A DNA stretch of 64,000 nt from Candidatus Gottesmanbacteria bacterium (GCA_963790805.1 CAWBPL010000002.1:696-64695); one strand, 5' to 3'; positions 8,588 through 19,936 are shown, counted from the first letter of the stretch. Translations and numbers: made by a program. The notes: a model not told the origin generated them from the letters alone.

Positions 8588-9523
8588 ATGTACCACGAGA
8601 GGCGTGTGAGTAAAAAAGGAAGTTGTTTTTCAAGAGTGTTATTTATTTTCATCCTTTTTGCGGCAATAACCATCTGCATTTTTTACATTAAAAGCCATTG
8701 GACCGAATTCGTTTCGCCTTTAGCAGAAGATCATGAAAAAAGCACGTCACTCATGGGGCTCATCCATCACGAAAAAGACCCCGATGAACTCAAAGAAAAA
8801 GTGAAAGCCATGGTCGGAAACGTATGGAACAACTATTCCGTTTACGTTGTCGATTACAAATCACCTTTTACGATGGGTATTAACGAATCGACAATATTCA
8901 CCGGAGCGTCCGTCAATAAAGTGCCGATTCTGGCCGCCGTCTATGCCGAAGCGAAAAAGGGAAACGTGGATTTCAACAAAGTTATTACGCTCCAGCAGGA
9001 TGACATACAGGACTACGGCACCGGAAGCATCCGCTATGACCCGCCGGGCACAACGTATTCCGTGAAAACTCTGGCACGGCTTATGATGCAGAAAAGCGAC
9101 AATACCGCGGCTCATTTGCTCGCGCTCTACATCATAGGGCTCGACGTCGTACAAAAGTACGTCAATGGCTGGGGCATGACGCAAACCGATATGGCAAATA
9201 ATCTGACGTCCAATAAAGACATGGAAATACTGTTCCGGAAAATCATGAACGGGCAGATATCAACGCCTGCTCTTAACGAGGAAATGCTGGGATTTTTGAA
9301 AGACAGCGATTTTGAAGACAGGATTCCGGCACTTCTGCCGAAAGACGCCGTTGTCTATCACAAGGTCGGCACCGGCACCGGCACCGTTCACGATGTCGGC
9401 GTTGTCGTTTACGGAAACACGGAATATTATATCGGAATATTTACTGACAGCATTACGGACGAAGAACAGGCGTCATCGCAGGCAGCACAACTTTCAAAAA
9501 TGATATTCGACTACATGAAGTAA
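8588..9523 (+). CDS. class A beta-lactamase-related serine hydrolase (membrane anchored)
   Basis: SxxK (SVNK), SDN (SDNTAA) and KxG-like (HKVGTG) motifs in the correct order. Confidence 0.75.
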   Translation: MYHERRVSKKGSCFSRVLFIFILFAAITICIFYIKSHWTEFVSPLAEDHEKSTSLMGLIHHEKDPDELKEKVKAMVGNVWNNYSVYVVDYKSPFTMGINESTIFTGASVNKVPILAAVYAEAKKGNVDFNKVITLQQDDIQDYGTGSIRYDPPGTTYSVKTLARLMMQKSDNTAAHLLALYIIGLDVVQKYVNGWGMTQTDMANNLTSNKDMEILFRKIMNGQISTPALNEEMLGFLKDSDFEDRIPALLPKDAVVYHKVGTGTGTVHDVGVVVYGNTEYYIGIFTDSITDEEQASSQAAQLSKMIFDYMK

Positions 9524-9527
9524 TGCC

Positions 9528-11942
9528 TTACGCGGAAAGCTTACGAGACGGCTTCAGGGGTTTTGCCAGAGCGAGGCTCAACACTTCATCCATATGTTCG
9601 ACGAAGTGAAACGTCAGATCTTTTTGAACGCTTTGCGGAATATCTTCTAAATCCTTTTTATTGTTCTTGGGCAAAAGTACCGTTTTTATGCCGGCTCTGT
9701 GTGCAGCGATAACTTTTTCCTTGACTCCGCCGATTTCCAGAACGCGCCCGCGGAGCGTAATTTCCCCAGTCATCGCGACTGTCCGTTTTACGGGAATTTT
9801 GGTAAGCGCCGAAACAAGCGCCGTGCCGATTGCCGCTCCGGCAGAGGGCCCGTCTTTGGGCACTGCTCCTTCCGGCACGTGCACATGGATATCAATTTTC
9901 TGGAAAAACTTTTCAGGAAGCCCGAACATCTGCCAGCGGCTGCGGACATAGGAAAGAGCGGCTTGAGCAGATTCCTTCATAACGTCACCGAGCTGTCCAG
10001 TGAGAGTAAGTGTTCCGCGTCCCGGCATAATGGCAACTTCAATAAAAAGTATCTCGCCGCCGGCTTCCGTCCACGCCATACCGGTCGACATGCCGACTTC
10101 ATCGGTTTTCTCCGCAAGATATGACGCAAACTGATACGGTCCTAAATATTCATGGAGAGATTTGGGCGTAATGGTATACGTAGTGTCTTTTTTATCATCA
10201 TCGGCAATTTTCTTGGCAATTTTACGAAATACCGTTGCAATTTCCCGCTCAAGGCTTCTGACTCCTGCTTCGCGCGTATAACGTCGGATGATTTCCTGAA
10301 TAGCCGGATCGGTAAGTTTCACGACGCCCTGCGGAATGCTGTGGATTTCGCGCTGCTTCTCATACAAAAAGTCTTTACCGATATGGAATTTCTCATCCTC
10401 GGTATAACCCGCAAACCGGATGATTTCCAGCCTGTCGCGAAGTGCCGGCGGAATGGTATCCAGCAGGTTACATGTCGTTATGAAAAATACGTCGGAAAGA
10501 TCAAACGCAACCTCAAGGTAATGATCGGAAAATGCGAAATTCTGCTCAGGATCCAGTGCTTCAAGAAGGGCCGATGACGGGTCACCGCGGAAGTCCGTGC
10601 CCACTTTATCGATTTCATCGAGCATAAAGACCGGATTTTTCGTCCCCGCCTGTTTTATGCCCTGAATAATGCGTCCCGGAAGCGCGCCCACATAGGTACG
10701 CCTGTGCCCGCGGATTTCCGCTTCATCGCGGATGCCGCCCAAAGACATTTTGACGAATTTGCGGCCAAGCGCTTTGGCTATAGATTTGCCGATGGATGTT
10801 TTGCCGACGCCCGGAGGACCCACGAAACAAAGAATGGTCGGTGATGCTTTGCCCTGACGGGTTTTTTTATCTTCCGGTTTTTCGTCTTTTTTTTCACCCT
10901 CATCTGCTTTCGATCGAAGCTTCATCACGGCCAGATACTCGATAATACGTTCCTTGATTTTTTTCAGTCCGTAATGGTCGTGGTCCAGAACTTTTTCGGC
11001 ATCATGAATATTAACGTTGTTGGGACTGGCTATTCCCCATGGAAGTTCAACGAGCATATCGAGGTATGTGCGCACATATGACGCCTCAGGATTATACGGC
11101 GACATCTGCGCTAGGCGGGAAAGCTCTTTTTCGGCTTTCGCGCGAACGTCCGAGGGCATACCGGATTTTTTGATTTTATCCGCGAGCTCTTTAATGTCTT
11201 TGTTTTCATCGTCTTCGCCCAGTTCCTTTTCAATTGTTTTCATCCGCTCCCGAAGCACCTGTTCGCGGACGTTTTTGTCAAACTTTTCCTGCGTCTTGTT
11301 GGCGATTTTTTTCTCCAGCTCCAGAATTTTGGTTTCTCGCGACAGATATGTGATTTCTTTTTCCAGCCGGTCTTTCACCGATGTCGTCTCCAGTAAATCC
11401 TGCCGTTCATTGGGTTTGATATCCAAAACTCCTGCGACGTGATACGAAAGAACAAGCGGCGACACTCCCGACATAATATTCATAAACGTCAGAAAATCCA
11501 TGGTCTTGCCCAGTTTCACGGCTGTGCGAAGTTCGTTGGTCAAATGGTTAAAAAGCGCTTTGGTTTCATCGGATTCATCTGACGCATCGGTAATGGGCAG
11601 CACGCGCGCGATAAAAAACGGTTCGACCGTTTCATAGGAAAGCACCTGTACTTTGGAAATACCCCGCACGAGGGCGTTAATTTCCCCCTCATTTTTCATC
11701 ATCTGGACGATCTCACCGACTGTTGCGATCTGGTAAAGATCAGAAGGCGTCGGGTCATTGATGTTGGGGTTTCGCTGCATGACGAGAACCACCTTTTTGC
11801 CTGTGGTTTCTGCTGATTCTATTGCAGAAACGGAACGCTGGCGGCCGAATGTCAAAATCATTTCCGTGCCAGGAAATACGATGCCGTCGCGGATCGGAAC
11901 TACCGGATACAGTTGACCATTTGATTGTTGAATTTCATCCAT
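9528..11942 (-). CDS. lon: ATP-dependent Lon protease
   Basis: 804 aa with LON N-domain, Walker [10 protein letters not shown], and catalytic-Ser context [10 protein letters not shown] with downstream K. Confidence 0.97.
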   Translation of the reverse strand: MDEIQQSNGQLYPVVPIRDGIVFPGTEMILTFGRQRSVSAIESAETTGKKVVLVMQRNPNINDPTPSDLYQIATVGEIVQMMKNEGEINALVRGISKVQVLSYETVEPFFIARVLPITDASDESDETKALFNHLTNELRTAVKLGKTMDFLTFMNIMSGVSPLVLSYHVAGVLDIKPNERQDLLETTSVKDRLEKEITYLSRETKILELEKKIANKTQEKFDKNVREQVLRERMKTIEKELGEDDENKDIKELADKIKKSGMPSDVRAKAEKELSRLAQMSPYNPEASYVRTYLDMLVELPWGIASPNNVNIHDAEKVLDHDHYGLKKIKERIIEYLAVMKLRSKADEGEKKDEKPEDKKTRQGKASPTILCFVGPPGVGKTSIGKSIAKALGRKFVKMSLGGIRDEAEIRGHRRTYVGALPGRIIQGIKQAGTKNPVFMLDEIDKVGTDFRGDPSSALLEALDPEQNFAFSDHYLEVAFDLSDVFFITTCNLLDTIPPALRDRLEIIRFAGYTEDEKFHIGKDFLYEKQREIHSIPQGVVKLTDPAIQEIIRRYTREAGVRSLEREIATVFRKIAKKIADDDKKDTTYTITPKSLHEYLGPYQFASYLAEKTDEVGMSTGMAWTEAGGEILFIEVAIMPGRGTLTLTGQLGDVMKESAQAALSYVRSRWQMFGLPEKFFQKIDIHVHVPEGAVPKDGPSAGAAIGTALVSALTKIPVKRTVAMTGEITLRGRVLEIGGVKEKVIAAHRAGIKTVLLPKNNKKDLEDIPQSVQKDLTFHFVEHMDEVLSLALAKPLKPSRKLSA

Positions 11943-11966
11943 ATATGTTTAGCTAAATTTGTGCAA

Positions 11967-11993
11967 CTAGCACTCAAGTATACCAACTGCTAA
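11967..11993 (-). promoter_or_regulatory. CIRCE-like inverted repeat (possible HrcA operator) overlapping the lon -10 box
   Basis: Plus strand CTAGCACTC-N9-AACTGCTAA against consensus TTAGCACTC-N9-GAGTGCTAA (8/9 and 7/9 matches). Confidence 0.5.
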
Positions 11994-12005
11994 AACACAA
12001 GTCAA
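11977..12005 (-). promoter_or_regulatory. lon promoter TTGACT-N17-TATACT
   Basis: Read on the minus strand, with a 34-nt leader to the ATG. Confidence 0.6.
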
Positions 12006-12021
12006 CCCTTCAGTTTATGGA

Positions 12022-12879
12022 TCAAATAAATTCGTTGAGGACCTCGTCGAGGTTTGCCGTCCCCAACGGTTGTTTGGCAAGCGGGCCGGCAGCAAGGGCA
12101 GGTTCGTTTTCTTCGCTGGTTGGCCGTTCTTCTTTATAGAAAATCCCATAGGGAATCTTGTCTCCCCACTCCAGTGACCGTTCAATCGCTTTCAGTTTGT
12201 TATCCGGCGTATAGGTAGACTCAAGCTTATAGAGCCGCTGCCGGTACCAGTCGTACGTATGATCTTTATCAAACGTCACGCAGGGCTGCAAAATATCCAG
12301 TACGGCAAACCCTTTGTGGTTAATGGCTTCAACCATAAGCGAAATCAGGTTCGGCGTATCTCCGGCAAATGCGCGGGCAACGAATGTGGCACCTGCTGCA
12401 ATTGAAAAAAGCAAGGGATTAATCGGCGGATCAACGACTCCCGCGGGCGTTGACTTGGTTTTGAATCCCGGTTTGGCGGTTGGTGATGCCTGTCCGGTCG
12501 TTAAACTGTAAAGCTGGTTATCGTGTAGAACAACGGTGATGTCAGGATTTCTTTTGGCAGCATGAAGAAAATGATTTCCGCCTTCACCCAGACCGTCGCC
12601 GTCACCTGAAACAACGACAACGGGAAGTGAGTGATTGGCAAGCTTAATCCCCTGAGCCGCCGGCAACGTCCTGCCGTGGAGGCCGACAAACCCGTACATT
12701 TCCATCCAGTCGTACATATTGCCGTGACATCCGACGCCGTAAACGACGGCACCATCCGATGGCCCGATACCCAATCTTGCGAATGCTTCTTTGAGCGATA
12801 ACCAGATGCCGAAATCTCCGCATCCCGGACACCACGTGGGATTATACTTAGTTCGAAATACAGCGCTTGAGATTGCCAT
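12022..12879 (-). CDS. korB: 2-oxoacid:ferredoxin oxidoreductase beta subunit (TPP-binding)
   Basis: N-terminal WCPGCGDFG and TPP motif GDGDGLGEGGNH. Confidence 0.9.
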   Translation of the reverse strand: MAISSAVFRTKYNPTWCPGCGDFGIWLSLKEAFARLGIGPSDGAVVYGVGCHGNMYDWMEMYGFVGLHGRTLPAAQGIKLANHSLPVVVVSGDGDGLGEGGNHFLHAAKRNPDITVVLHDNQLYSLTTGQASPTAKPGFKTKSTPAGVVDPPINPLLFSIAAGATFVARAFAGDTPNLISLMVEAINHKGFAVLDILQPCVTFDKDHTYDWYRQRLYKLESTYTPDNKLKAIERSLEWGDKIPYGIFYKEERPTSEENEPALAAGPLAKQPLGTANLDEVLNEFI

Positions 12880-12883
12880 AAAT

Positions 12884-14617
12884 TTACCTCACTTTTTCTA
12901 CGATATCCTCCGGATAAAACGGTCTGCCGTCAAATTTCAGAACTTTTTCGCTAATGAGAATTCCCGTATGTTCACGAATAAGCGACGCCAACTGTCCCGT
13001 GGCGTTTTGTTCTACATCGATAATGCGCTTGGCGCCGCCCAGAAGCTCAGTCGCTTTATCGGTCGGGAACGGATACATCCAGGTAAAATGAACAAGCCGC
13101 GACGAGACGCCTTTGGTTTTGAGCATCTCCATAGCATCGATGACGGGTCCTCGTGAAGATCCCCAGCTGACGAATGTTATATCGGCATTTGCATCCCCGT
13201 ACACCATCGGAGCCCGTATGTCTTTTTTCATCGCTTCCAGTTTTTTCAGACGTTTTGAAGCCATCGCGATTCTTTCTTCACTTGAATCAACGACGTGACC
13301 TTTTTCATCATGTTCATAACCGTTATTGTAATACACGCCATTTTTCATGCCGAAATAGCTTCTCGGTGACACTCCGTCATCAACATCCAACCAGTACCGC
13401 TTGAATGACCCGTCATCTTTAAGATCCGATTCGCTTGCCACCTTACCGCGGTTGATTGCCACATCAATCTTAAATTGTGAAAGCGGCGCGCACCATTGCG
13501 TTTCGCATAAGTATTTATCCGTTAAGACAAAAACGGGAATCTGATACTTATCGGCAAGCTGAAACGCTTCGATCGTCATGGTATATGCTTCCGTTGCATC
13601 ACTCGGCGCCAAAACGATCCTCGGAAATTCTCCGTGTGCCGCGTGGATCACAAACTGCAATTCTCCCTGTTCTGTCCATGTCGGCATACCGGTAGCGGGC
13701 CCCACTCTCATTCCCAGATCAATAACGACAGGCGTTTCCGTCATGCCGGAAAGAGCCAGACTCTCTACCATAAGGGCAAATCCTCCTCCGGATGTTGCCA
13801 CCATGCTTCGGACACCGGCCACTGACGCTCCCAATGCCATATTGATACCAGCGATTTCATCTTCCGGCTGTTTATAGACAACTCCGAGTTTCTGCGCGTG
13901 ATCCGCCAAAAATGTAATAATCGAATTGATGGGTGTCATGGGATAAATGGCTGCGAATTTAAGCCCCGCTTTGACCGCTCCGAGACCCACCGCCTCGCTT
14001 GCGTTCAAAATGAGGTACGGTTCCTTTTTCTCAGCGGGAGAAAGATGCATCGAGGTTTCCTTAGGAAAATGTTCCTTGACGTAATCGTATCCGGCTTTTG
14101 CAATTGCTATATTGCCGTCAATAATTGCCTGTTTTTTACCTTTAAACTGATCATGGATAACACTGGAGAATGAATCCAGAGTCGTTCCAAGAAGAGCAAC
14201 CGTTACGCCAAGCGCGATGGTATTTCGCATGACCGGAGGACTTTTCGTTTGATTCACAATCTCAGAGAGCGGAACCGGCACGAGTGAAACTTTTGCGGTA
14301 AACTCGCTCGGTTTCCATTCATAATCTTTGGGGTCATAAACTATGACAGTTCCGTCCATAAGTTCCTTTTGATGAAGCGTGACCGTTTCCTTGTTGAGAG
14401 CAACAAGAATATGTAGATCTTTGTTCATTGATTCAAAATATTTTGAAGAGATGCGGGCGGTAACGAGATTATGTCCGCCGCGGATGAGGGAGGGATATTC
14501 ATTGGTGGACAATACATGATAGCCCATTCTTGAATACGTCCGGCACAGCATGATGCCTGCCGACATAATGCCGAATCCTGCTTCCCCGCCTATTTTCCAT
14601 GTCACACTTTCCTTCAT
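12884..14617 (-). CDS. korA: 2-oxoacid:ferredoxin oxidoreductase alpha subunit (gamma-alpha fusion type)
   Basis: 577 aa, GGEAGFGI start, YPMTP motif, adjacent to korB. Confidence 0.9.
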   Translation of the reverse strand: MKESVTWKIGGEAGFGIMSAGIMLCRTYSRMGYHVLSTNEYPSLIRGGHNLVTARISSKYFESMNKDLHILVALNKETVTLHQKELMDGTVIVYDPKDYEWKPSEFTAKVSLVPVPLSEIVNQTKSPPVMRNTIALGVTVALLGTTLDSFSSVIHDQFKGKKQAIIDGNIAIAKAGYDYVKEHFPKETSMHLSPAEKKEPYLILNASEAVGLGAVKAGLKFAAIYPMTPINSIITFLADHAQKLGVVYKQPEDEIAGINMALGASVAGVRSMVATSGGGFALMVESLALSGMTETPVVIDLGMRVGPATGMPTWTEQGELQFVIHAAHGEFPRIVLAPSDATEAYTMTIEAFQLADKYQIPVFVLTDKYLCETQWCAPLSQFKIDVAINRGKVASESDLKDDGSFKRYWLDVDDGVSPRSYFGMKNGVYYNNGYEHDEKGHVVDSSEERIAMASKRLKKLEAMKKDIRAPMVYGDANADITFVSWGSSRGPVIDAMEMLKTKGVSSRLVHFTWMYPFPTDKATELLGGAKRIIDVEQNATGQLASLIREHTGILISEKVLKFDGRPFYPEDIVEKVR

Positions 14618-14711
14618 ATAATCAGCGTATCACAAATGATAACTTTTGTGCAGTCCGCTTTTGAGGTATATATGTGGGTCGCGGGCAATTCTTTAATCAT
14701 TCGCGGGATTT

Positions 14712-14966
14712 TCAGGGAAAAACTTGTTTTCCATGAAGATCGGTTATGATAATTGCCATAACCGGACAGCTTTTTGCCGCTTCCAGTAGCGTTTCATCGG
14801 TTTCTTCAAGTGCTGTAGGTAAAATAATCGCCTTCGCTTCATCATCGAGAGCCCACGCTTTCGGGGCCACAGCAATACATGTGGCTGCGCCGATGCAAAG
14901 ATTTTGATCAATGCGCATAATATATTTCCGGATTTTTTGCTGAATTTGCGGGTTATCGTCGCTCAT
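14712..14966 (-). CDS. small ferredoxin
   Basis: MRIDQNLCIGAATC ... SCP is the single-cluster ferredoxin pattern. The start may be the internal Met at 14918. Confidence 0.7.
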   Translation of the reverse strand: MSDDNPQIQQKIRKYIMRIDQNLCIGAATCIAVAPKAWALDDEAKAIILPTALEETDETLLEAAKSCPVMAIIITDLHGKQVFP

Positions 14967-14982
14967 ATAGTTATCCTATCCA

Positions 14983-15369
14983 TTATAATAGGCCATTTTT
15001 ATGTTTCAACGAAAGAATCGCTTTCTGCAAAACCTCAAGCGGCAACGTCGCGCATTTCGTTCTTGACGGAGTGAGCGTCGTCCCGATCATTTCAAAAATC
15101 TGTGCTGAAGAAATATCCATAGCGTTTTTTAATGTTTTGCCTTTCACTTTTTCCGTCAGCATCGATGCACTTGCCTGACTGATTGCACACCCTTCGCCGG
15201 AAAAACGGATGTCTTCTATTACTTTTTTTTTATCCACCAGTATTTCCATGACAATTCTGTCGCCGCATGTGACATTGTCCTCTTCTATTTTTGCGCTCGG
15301 TTTCGTAAGGTGCCCGAAATTTCTCGGATGTTTGTAATGGTCAAGAATTATCTCTCTATAAATATCCAT
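14983..15369 (-). CDS. sufU: SUF Fe-S scaffold, SufU/NifU-like
   Basis: YKHPRNFG, CGD and GCAIS motifs. Confidence 0.9.
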   Translation of the reverse strand: MDIYREIILDHYKHPRNFGHLTKPSAKIEEDNVTCGDRIVMEILVDKKKVIEDIRFSGEGCAISQASASMLTEKVKGKTLKNAMDISSAQIFEMIGTTLTPSRTKCATLPLEVLQKAILSLKHKNGLL

Positions 15370-15372
15370 ACA

Positions 15373-16602
15373 TTAACCAAACAGTTTTATTACTTTCTGT
15401 AATCCCTGTATAAGCTTGTCTATGTCTTCTTTGGATGTATATATATAAAATGATGCCCGTGCAGTAGCCGCGATACCCATTGAAATATGAAGCGGCATGG
15501 CGCAGTGATTGCCCGAACGGATACAAATATTATCCTCATCAAGAATTTGCGCTATATCGTGTGCGTGAGTATGTGTCATGGTAAATGCAGCCACTCCGCC
15601 CTTCAGGTTGCTGTCTTTCGGACCATAAAGCGTAAGTCCGTCGATTTCCAGCAAACACTTCATAGCATAAGAAGTAATCGCCTCTTCATGTGACCGGACA
15701 TTGATTATTCCGAGTTTTGTCAGATAATCAACGGCGGCGCCCAGCCCTATCACACCTGCAATATCCGGAGTGCCAGCTTCAAACTTATGCGGAGCATGCT
15801 TAAAAATCGTTTTGTTTTCATGAACCTCGCTGATCATTTCTCCTCCGTATAAAAACGGCTGCATACGCTCCAAAAGGTCAAATTTACCCCATAAGACGCC
15901 GACTCCTGTAGGACCCAGCATTTTGTGCGAAGAAAATGCAACAAAATCCGCTCCCCAGTCAGCAACATTTACCGGCATATGCGGAACTGCCTGTGCCGCG
16001 TCGACCAAAACAAGACACTTGGGATTTATCGCTTTCACTCTTTTGACAATTTCGGCAATCGGATTAATTGTCCCTAAAACATTGGATACAGCAGTAATTG
16101 CGAGTAATTTTGTTCTTCGAGTAACTAATTTATCCAAATCATCAATAATCAATTGACCGGACGAATCATTTTTTAGTATATCAATTTTCCACCCAAATTC
16201 CTTACCCAATTGCTGCCATGGAACAAAATTCGAATGGTGTTCCATGACCGGCACGATAATCCTGTCGCCGGATGCGAGTTCTCTTCTTGCCCAAGCATAT
16301 GCGACAAGATTTATCGATTCACTGGTGTTTCGGGTAAACACAATTTCATCCGGATTGGTGCATCCGATAAATTTCGCAACTTTTTTCCTTACCTCTTCGT
16401 ACTCCTTAGTCGCTTCTTCGGAAATTGTATAGATGCCGCGGAAAATATTTGCCGTATATTTGGTATAGTAGTCGTTCATTTTGTCGATAACGAACTGGGG
16501 CTTAAGCGATGTAGCCGTAGAATCCAGATAGACCAGCGGCTTACCGTTTATCATACGCCGGAAAATCGGAAAATCACGCTTGATGGAATTACCGTCAATC
16601 AT
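15373..16602 (-). CDS. sufS: cysteine desulfurase SufS
   Basis: PLP Lys context SSHKMLGPTG and active-site RSGNHCA. Confidence 0.92.
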   Translation of the reverse strand: MIDGNSIKRDFPIFRRMINGKPLVYLDSTATSLKPQFVIDKMNDYYTKYTANIFRGIYTISEEATKEYEEVRKKVAKFIGCTNPDEIVFTRNTSESINLVAYAWARRELASGDRIIVPVMEHHSNFVPWQQLGKEFGWKIDILKNDSSGQLIIDDLDKLVTRRTKLLAITAVSNVLGTINPIAEIVKRVKAINPKCLVLVDAAQAVPHMPVNVADWGADFVAFSSHKMLGPTGVGVLWGKFDLLERMQPFLYGGEMISEVHENKTIFKHAPHKFEAGTPDIAGVIGLGAAVDYLTKLGIINVRSHEEAITSYAMKCLLEIDGLTLYGPKDSNLKGGVAAFTMTHTHAHDIAQILDEDNICIRSGNHCAMPLHISMGIAATARASFYIYTSKEDIDKLIQGLQKVIKLFG

Positions 16603-16910
16603 ACTGCAATAAATATTTGGTCCCCTTCAATTTTCGTGGGATAAGAAGCTATGTCAGAAACAGCAGGGAGCGCCAGTACTTTTCCGGTAGTCACATCAAA
16701 CTGAGCCCCATGGCATCCACAGATGATGACGTTTCCATCCAAAAATCCTTCAGATCCCAGCGAACATTGCTCGTGCGAACAGGTATCGTCGACCGCGAAT
16801 ATAACGCCATCGACATTGGCAACCGCAATCTTTTTCCCTGCAACGACCACGGTCTTCTTCGTCCCACTGGGGAGCTCTGACAATAATAATGCTTTCGTGA
16901 GTGTTGCCAT
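16599..16910 (-). CDS. Rieske [2Fe-2S] ferredoxin-type protein
   Basis: CSHEQC ... CGCHGAQF is the Rieske ligand pattern CxH..CxxH. Confidence 0.85.
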   Translation of the reverse strand: MATLTKALLLSELPSGTKKTVVVAGKKIAVANVDGVIFAVDDTCSHEQCSLGSEGFLDGNVIICGCHGAQFDVTTGKVLALPAVSDIASYPTKIEGDQIFIAV

Positions 16911-16921
16911 AGGTATCGTTA

Positions 16922-17563
16922 TTATAACGCTCCCTCAATAGATTGCCACACGTTATTTCTGATGGAAATATCAGAAACCCGCTCCAGCGCATTCCTGAAA
17001 AAACCTTCAATGATAAGCATTTCGGCTTCCTTCCGATTTATACCGCGCATCCGCAAAAACCATAAGTCTTCCTCAGAGACGGGGCCGACCGTCGCGCCAT
17101 GAGTACAACGTACGTCATTTGCCAGAATTTCAAGCGCGGGCTTACTTTCCGCATGAGCTTTTGCCGATAGTATAAGATTTTCATTCCGTTGATAGGCGTC
17201 AGTTTTTTGTGCTATTTTTTCGACCCGTATTCCCCCATCATAGAAAAACGATGCATCGCTTTGAAGTGCTGATTTTACCAACAAATTGCTTGTAGTGTTA
17301 ACAGCCTCATGAAGTTGCATAGTATGCAAACTCACCTTTGAATTTTGAGAACCGACAATAATGCCGACAATCGTCGCGTTTGCTCCGTTACCGGCAAGAT
17401 GGATGGATACATTTGCGTCGATTGTCTTCGGATGAAACGCAGTTATAATTAGCGTCAAATTAGCCCGAGCCCCCACCATGTAATCAAATTCGGATGCCTG
17501 TTCAATATCCGCGATAAGCGTCTTATTCGTTTCATCCTCAACATGGATCTTTTTCATAATCAA
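16922..17563 (-). CDS. sufD: SufD-like Fe-S assembly protein (short form, 213 aa)
   Basis: Beta-helix-type sequence ending in [15 protein letters not shown], positioned between sufB and sufS. Confidence 0.75.
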   Translation of the reverse strand: MIMKKIHVEDETNKTLIADIEQASEFDYMVGARANLTLIITAFHPKTIDANVSIHLAGNGANATIVGIIVGSQNSKVSLHTMQLHEAVNTTSNLLVKSALQSDASFFYDGGIRVEKIAQKTDAYQRNENLILSAKAHAESKPALEILANDVRCTHGATVGPVSEEDLWFLRMRGINRKEAEMLIIEGFFRNALERVSDISIRNNVWQSIEGAL

Positions 17564-18978
17564 CCCACCGATCCCTCCATTTGTAATTGTATTAATCGAT
17601 TCATTTCGACAGCGTATTCAAGAGGCAATTCCTTAACGATAGGCTCGATAAATCCGTTGACGATCATAGATTCCGCCTGCGCTTTCGCAATACCCCTGCT
17701 TTGCAGATAAAATAACTGCTCATCGCCGATTTTTGAAACCGTCGCCTCATGTTCTATGGTCACTTGCTTCTCATCTATTTTCATAGTGGGATACGTGTCG
17801 GACCGCGACGCCTCATCAAGAATGAGTGCGTCACAGACAACTTTATTTTTTACCTGCGTCGCTCCCGGATATACCTGCACGAGTCCACGATAGGAAGTCC
17901 TTCCGCCTTTCGCGCTTATCGATTTTGAGATAATCTGCGATGTAGTCTCAGGAGCCACATGAACCATTTTTCCGCCGGCATCCTGATGCTGACCGGCTCC
18001 GGCGTAAGCTATGGAAAGCACTTCACCGTGAGCTTTCCGTCCCATGAGATAAACGCTCGGATATTTCATGGTCAGTTTGCTTCCCAAGTTACCATCAACC
18101 CATTCCATAATTCCTTCTTCTTCCACCCGAGCCCGCTTGGTGACAAGGTTATACACATTGGTGCTCCAGTTTTGAATGGTCGTATACCGGACGCGCGCTC
18201 CTTTTTTAACAATAATTTCCACAACAGCGCTGTGCAGCGAATCGGTTGTGTAAATGGGGGCGGTACATCCTTCAACATAATGAACATAGCTTCCTTCATC
18301 CGCAATAATGAGCGTTCGCTCAAATTGGCCCATATTGGCTGCATTGATACGGAAATATGCTTGGAGCGGCAGATCCACATGCACGCCGGGCGGCACATAC
18401 ACAAACGACCCGCCCGACCAAACTGAGCTGTTTAATGCCGCAAACTTGTTATCGGCCGGCGGGATAACCGTGCCGAAATATTGTTTCACGAGCTCGGGAT
18501 ATTCCCGCAGTCCTGAATCCATATCCAGAAATATAACGCCCTTTTTTGAAAGCATCGAATGGATACTTTTGTAAACTACCTCTGATTCGTATTGCGCACT
18601 GACTCCTGATAGAAACTTTTTCTCAGCCTCAGGAATCCCGATCCTGTCATAGGTATCTTTGATTTCGGCCGGAAGATCCTTCCATGATGCTGCCTTGTTC
18701 TGCGTCGGCTTTATGTAATAAAAAATTGAATCGAAGTTGATGGTCGACAAGTCTCCGCCCCACGTCGGAAGCGGTTTCTTTTGAAACATAAGGTAACTTT
18801 TTTGCCGGAATTCGCTCATCCAGCGAGGCTCGCTTTTATATCCGCTGATCTGGGCAACGACACCGCTGTCAAGCCCGCGTTTGGATTTAAAAACGTAATT
18901 CTCCGGCTTATGAAAGCCGTATTTGTACGTATCATCGATAACCTGATTTCTTTTCATATATAGGGAGGATCGGGACAA
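17560..18978 (-). CDS. sufB: Fe-S cluster assembly protein SufB
   Basis: 472 aa with YKYGF N-terminus and [24 protein letters not shown]. Confidence 0.93.
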   Translation of the reverse strand: MSRSSLYMKRNQVIDDTYKYGFHKPENYVFKSKRGLDSGVVAQISGYKSEPRWMSEFRQKSYLMFQKKPLPTWGGDLSTINFDSIFYYIKPTQNKAASWKDLPAEIKDTYDRIGIPEAEKKFLSGVSAQYESEVVYKSIHSMLSKKGVIFLDMDSGLREYPELVKQYFGTVIPPADNKFAALNSSVWSGGSFVYVPPGVHVDLPLQAYFRINAANMGQFERTLIIADEGSYVHYVEGCTAPIYTTDSLHSAVVEIIVKKGARVRYTTIQNWSTNVYNLVTKRARVEEEGIMEWVDGNLGSKLTMKYPSVYLMGRKAHGEVLSIAYAGAGQHQDAGGKMVHVAPETTSQIISKSISAKGGRTSYRGLVQVYPGATQVKNKVVCDALILDEASRSDTYPTMKIDEKQVTIEHEATVSKIGDEQLFYLQSRGIAKAQAESMIVNGFIEPIVKELPLEYAVEMNRLIQLQMEGSVG

Positions 18979-19063
18979 AATTCTCGCAGATCGCTTCTCG
19001 AGCTTAACAATATAACGCTAGTAATCTGTTAGCATGTGCGAGCAGCGGATCAAGAAAATTTTG

Positions 19064-19876
19064 TTACGATCCGACATAGCGACCATATCCTTCTCTTTCA
19101 ATCTCTTTGGCAAGAATCGCCTTGCCTGTTTTCACAATCGTCCCTTTCACCAAAATATGCACGACATCCGGCTTCAAATATTTTAATATCCGCTGATAAT
19201 GGGTCACGATGATTATGCCGGTTCCTTTAGACGATAAAAGCGATATACCGCGTGCAACGAGCTTCAGCGCGTCAACATCCAAACCCGTATCAATTTCATC
19301 AAATATCGCAAATTTAGGGGCGAGAATAAGCGCCTGCAACATTTCCACTTTTTTCTTTTCGCCGCCGGAAAATCCGTCATGAATTCCGCGGGTCAGAAAA
19401 CTTTCATCAATTTTCAATGCTTTGGCGTGTTTATTCACAAGCTCCATAAAATCAGGAAGCGTTATATCCGTAGCCTTCCAGCGCCGCGCCAAAAGCGGAT
19501 TTTGCACCGATTCGCCTTTTTGGAGCTTCTGATCAGTATGAAGTTCCTGATACGAAGTGCGAAGAAGATTAATGACATTGACCCCTTGTATGGCAATCGG
19601 CGATTGCAACGCTAAAAATAATCCCGCTTTCGCACGATCTTCCACGGGAAGATCCAATATATTTATCCCGTTTACCCAAACGCGGGACCGTTTATCAACG
19701 TCATACGCCGGATGGCCCATGATGGCGTACGCGAGCGTCGATTTTCCGCTGCCGTTGGGCCCCATGATTGCATGAATCTCACCAGGTTTTACTTCTAATG
19801 TCACACCGTTGAGGATGTCTTTCTTGCCAACGCGTGCCCGAAGATTGATAACAGCGAGTTTTGTTTGATTTTTCAT
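19064..19876 (-). CDS. sufC: Fe-S cluster assembly ATPase SufC
   Basis: Walker A GPNGSGKST, signature FSGGEKKK, Walker B FAIFDEIDTGLD. Confidence 0.93.
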   Translation of the reverse strand: MKNQTKLAVINLRARVGKKDILNGVTLEVKPGEIHAIMGPNGSGKSTLAYAIMGHPAYDVDKRSRVWVNGINILDLPVEDRAKAGLFLALQSPIAIQGVNVINLLRTSYQELHTDQKLQKGESVQNPLLARRWKATDITLPDFMELVNKHAKALKIDESFLTRGIHDGFSGGEKKKVEMLQALILAPKFAIFDEIDTGLDVDALKLVARGISLLSSKGTGIIIVTHYQRILKYLKPDVVHILVKGTIVKTGKAILAKEIEREGYGRYVGS

Positions 19877-19936
19877 ATGCTGAAAAATTAAGCCCTCTTA
19901 AAACCATCCTATTATACAACAATTTTGTGAGGAATA

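Noticed and set aside
9661-11442. Several 96-141 aa plus-strand ORFs antisense to lon, with similar antisense ORFs in the kor, sufB, dipZ and ABC genes.
   Set aside because: They lie entirely inside strongly supported genes on the other strand. They have biased low-complexity composition and no start signals.
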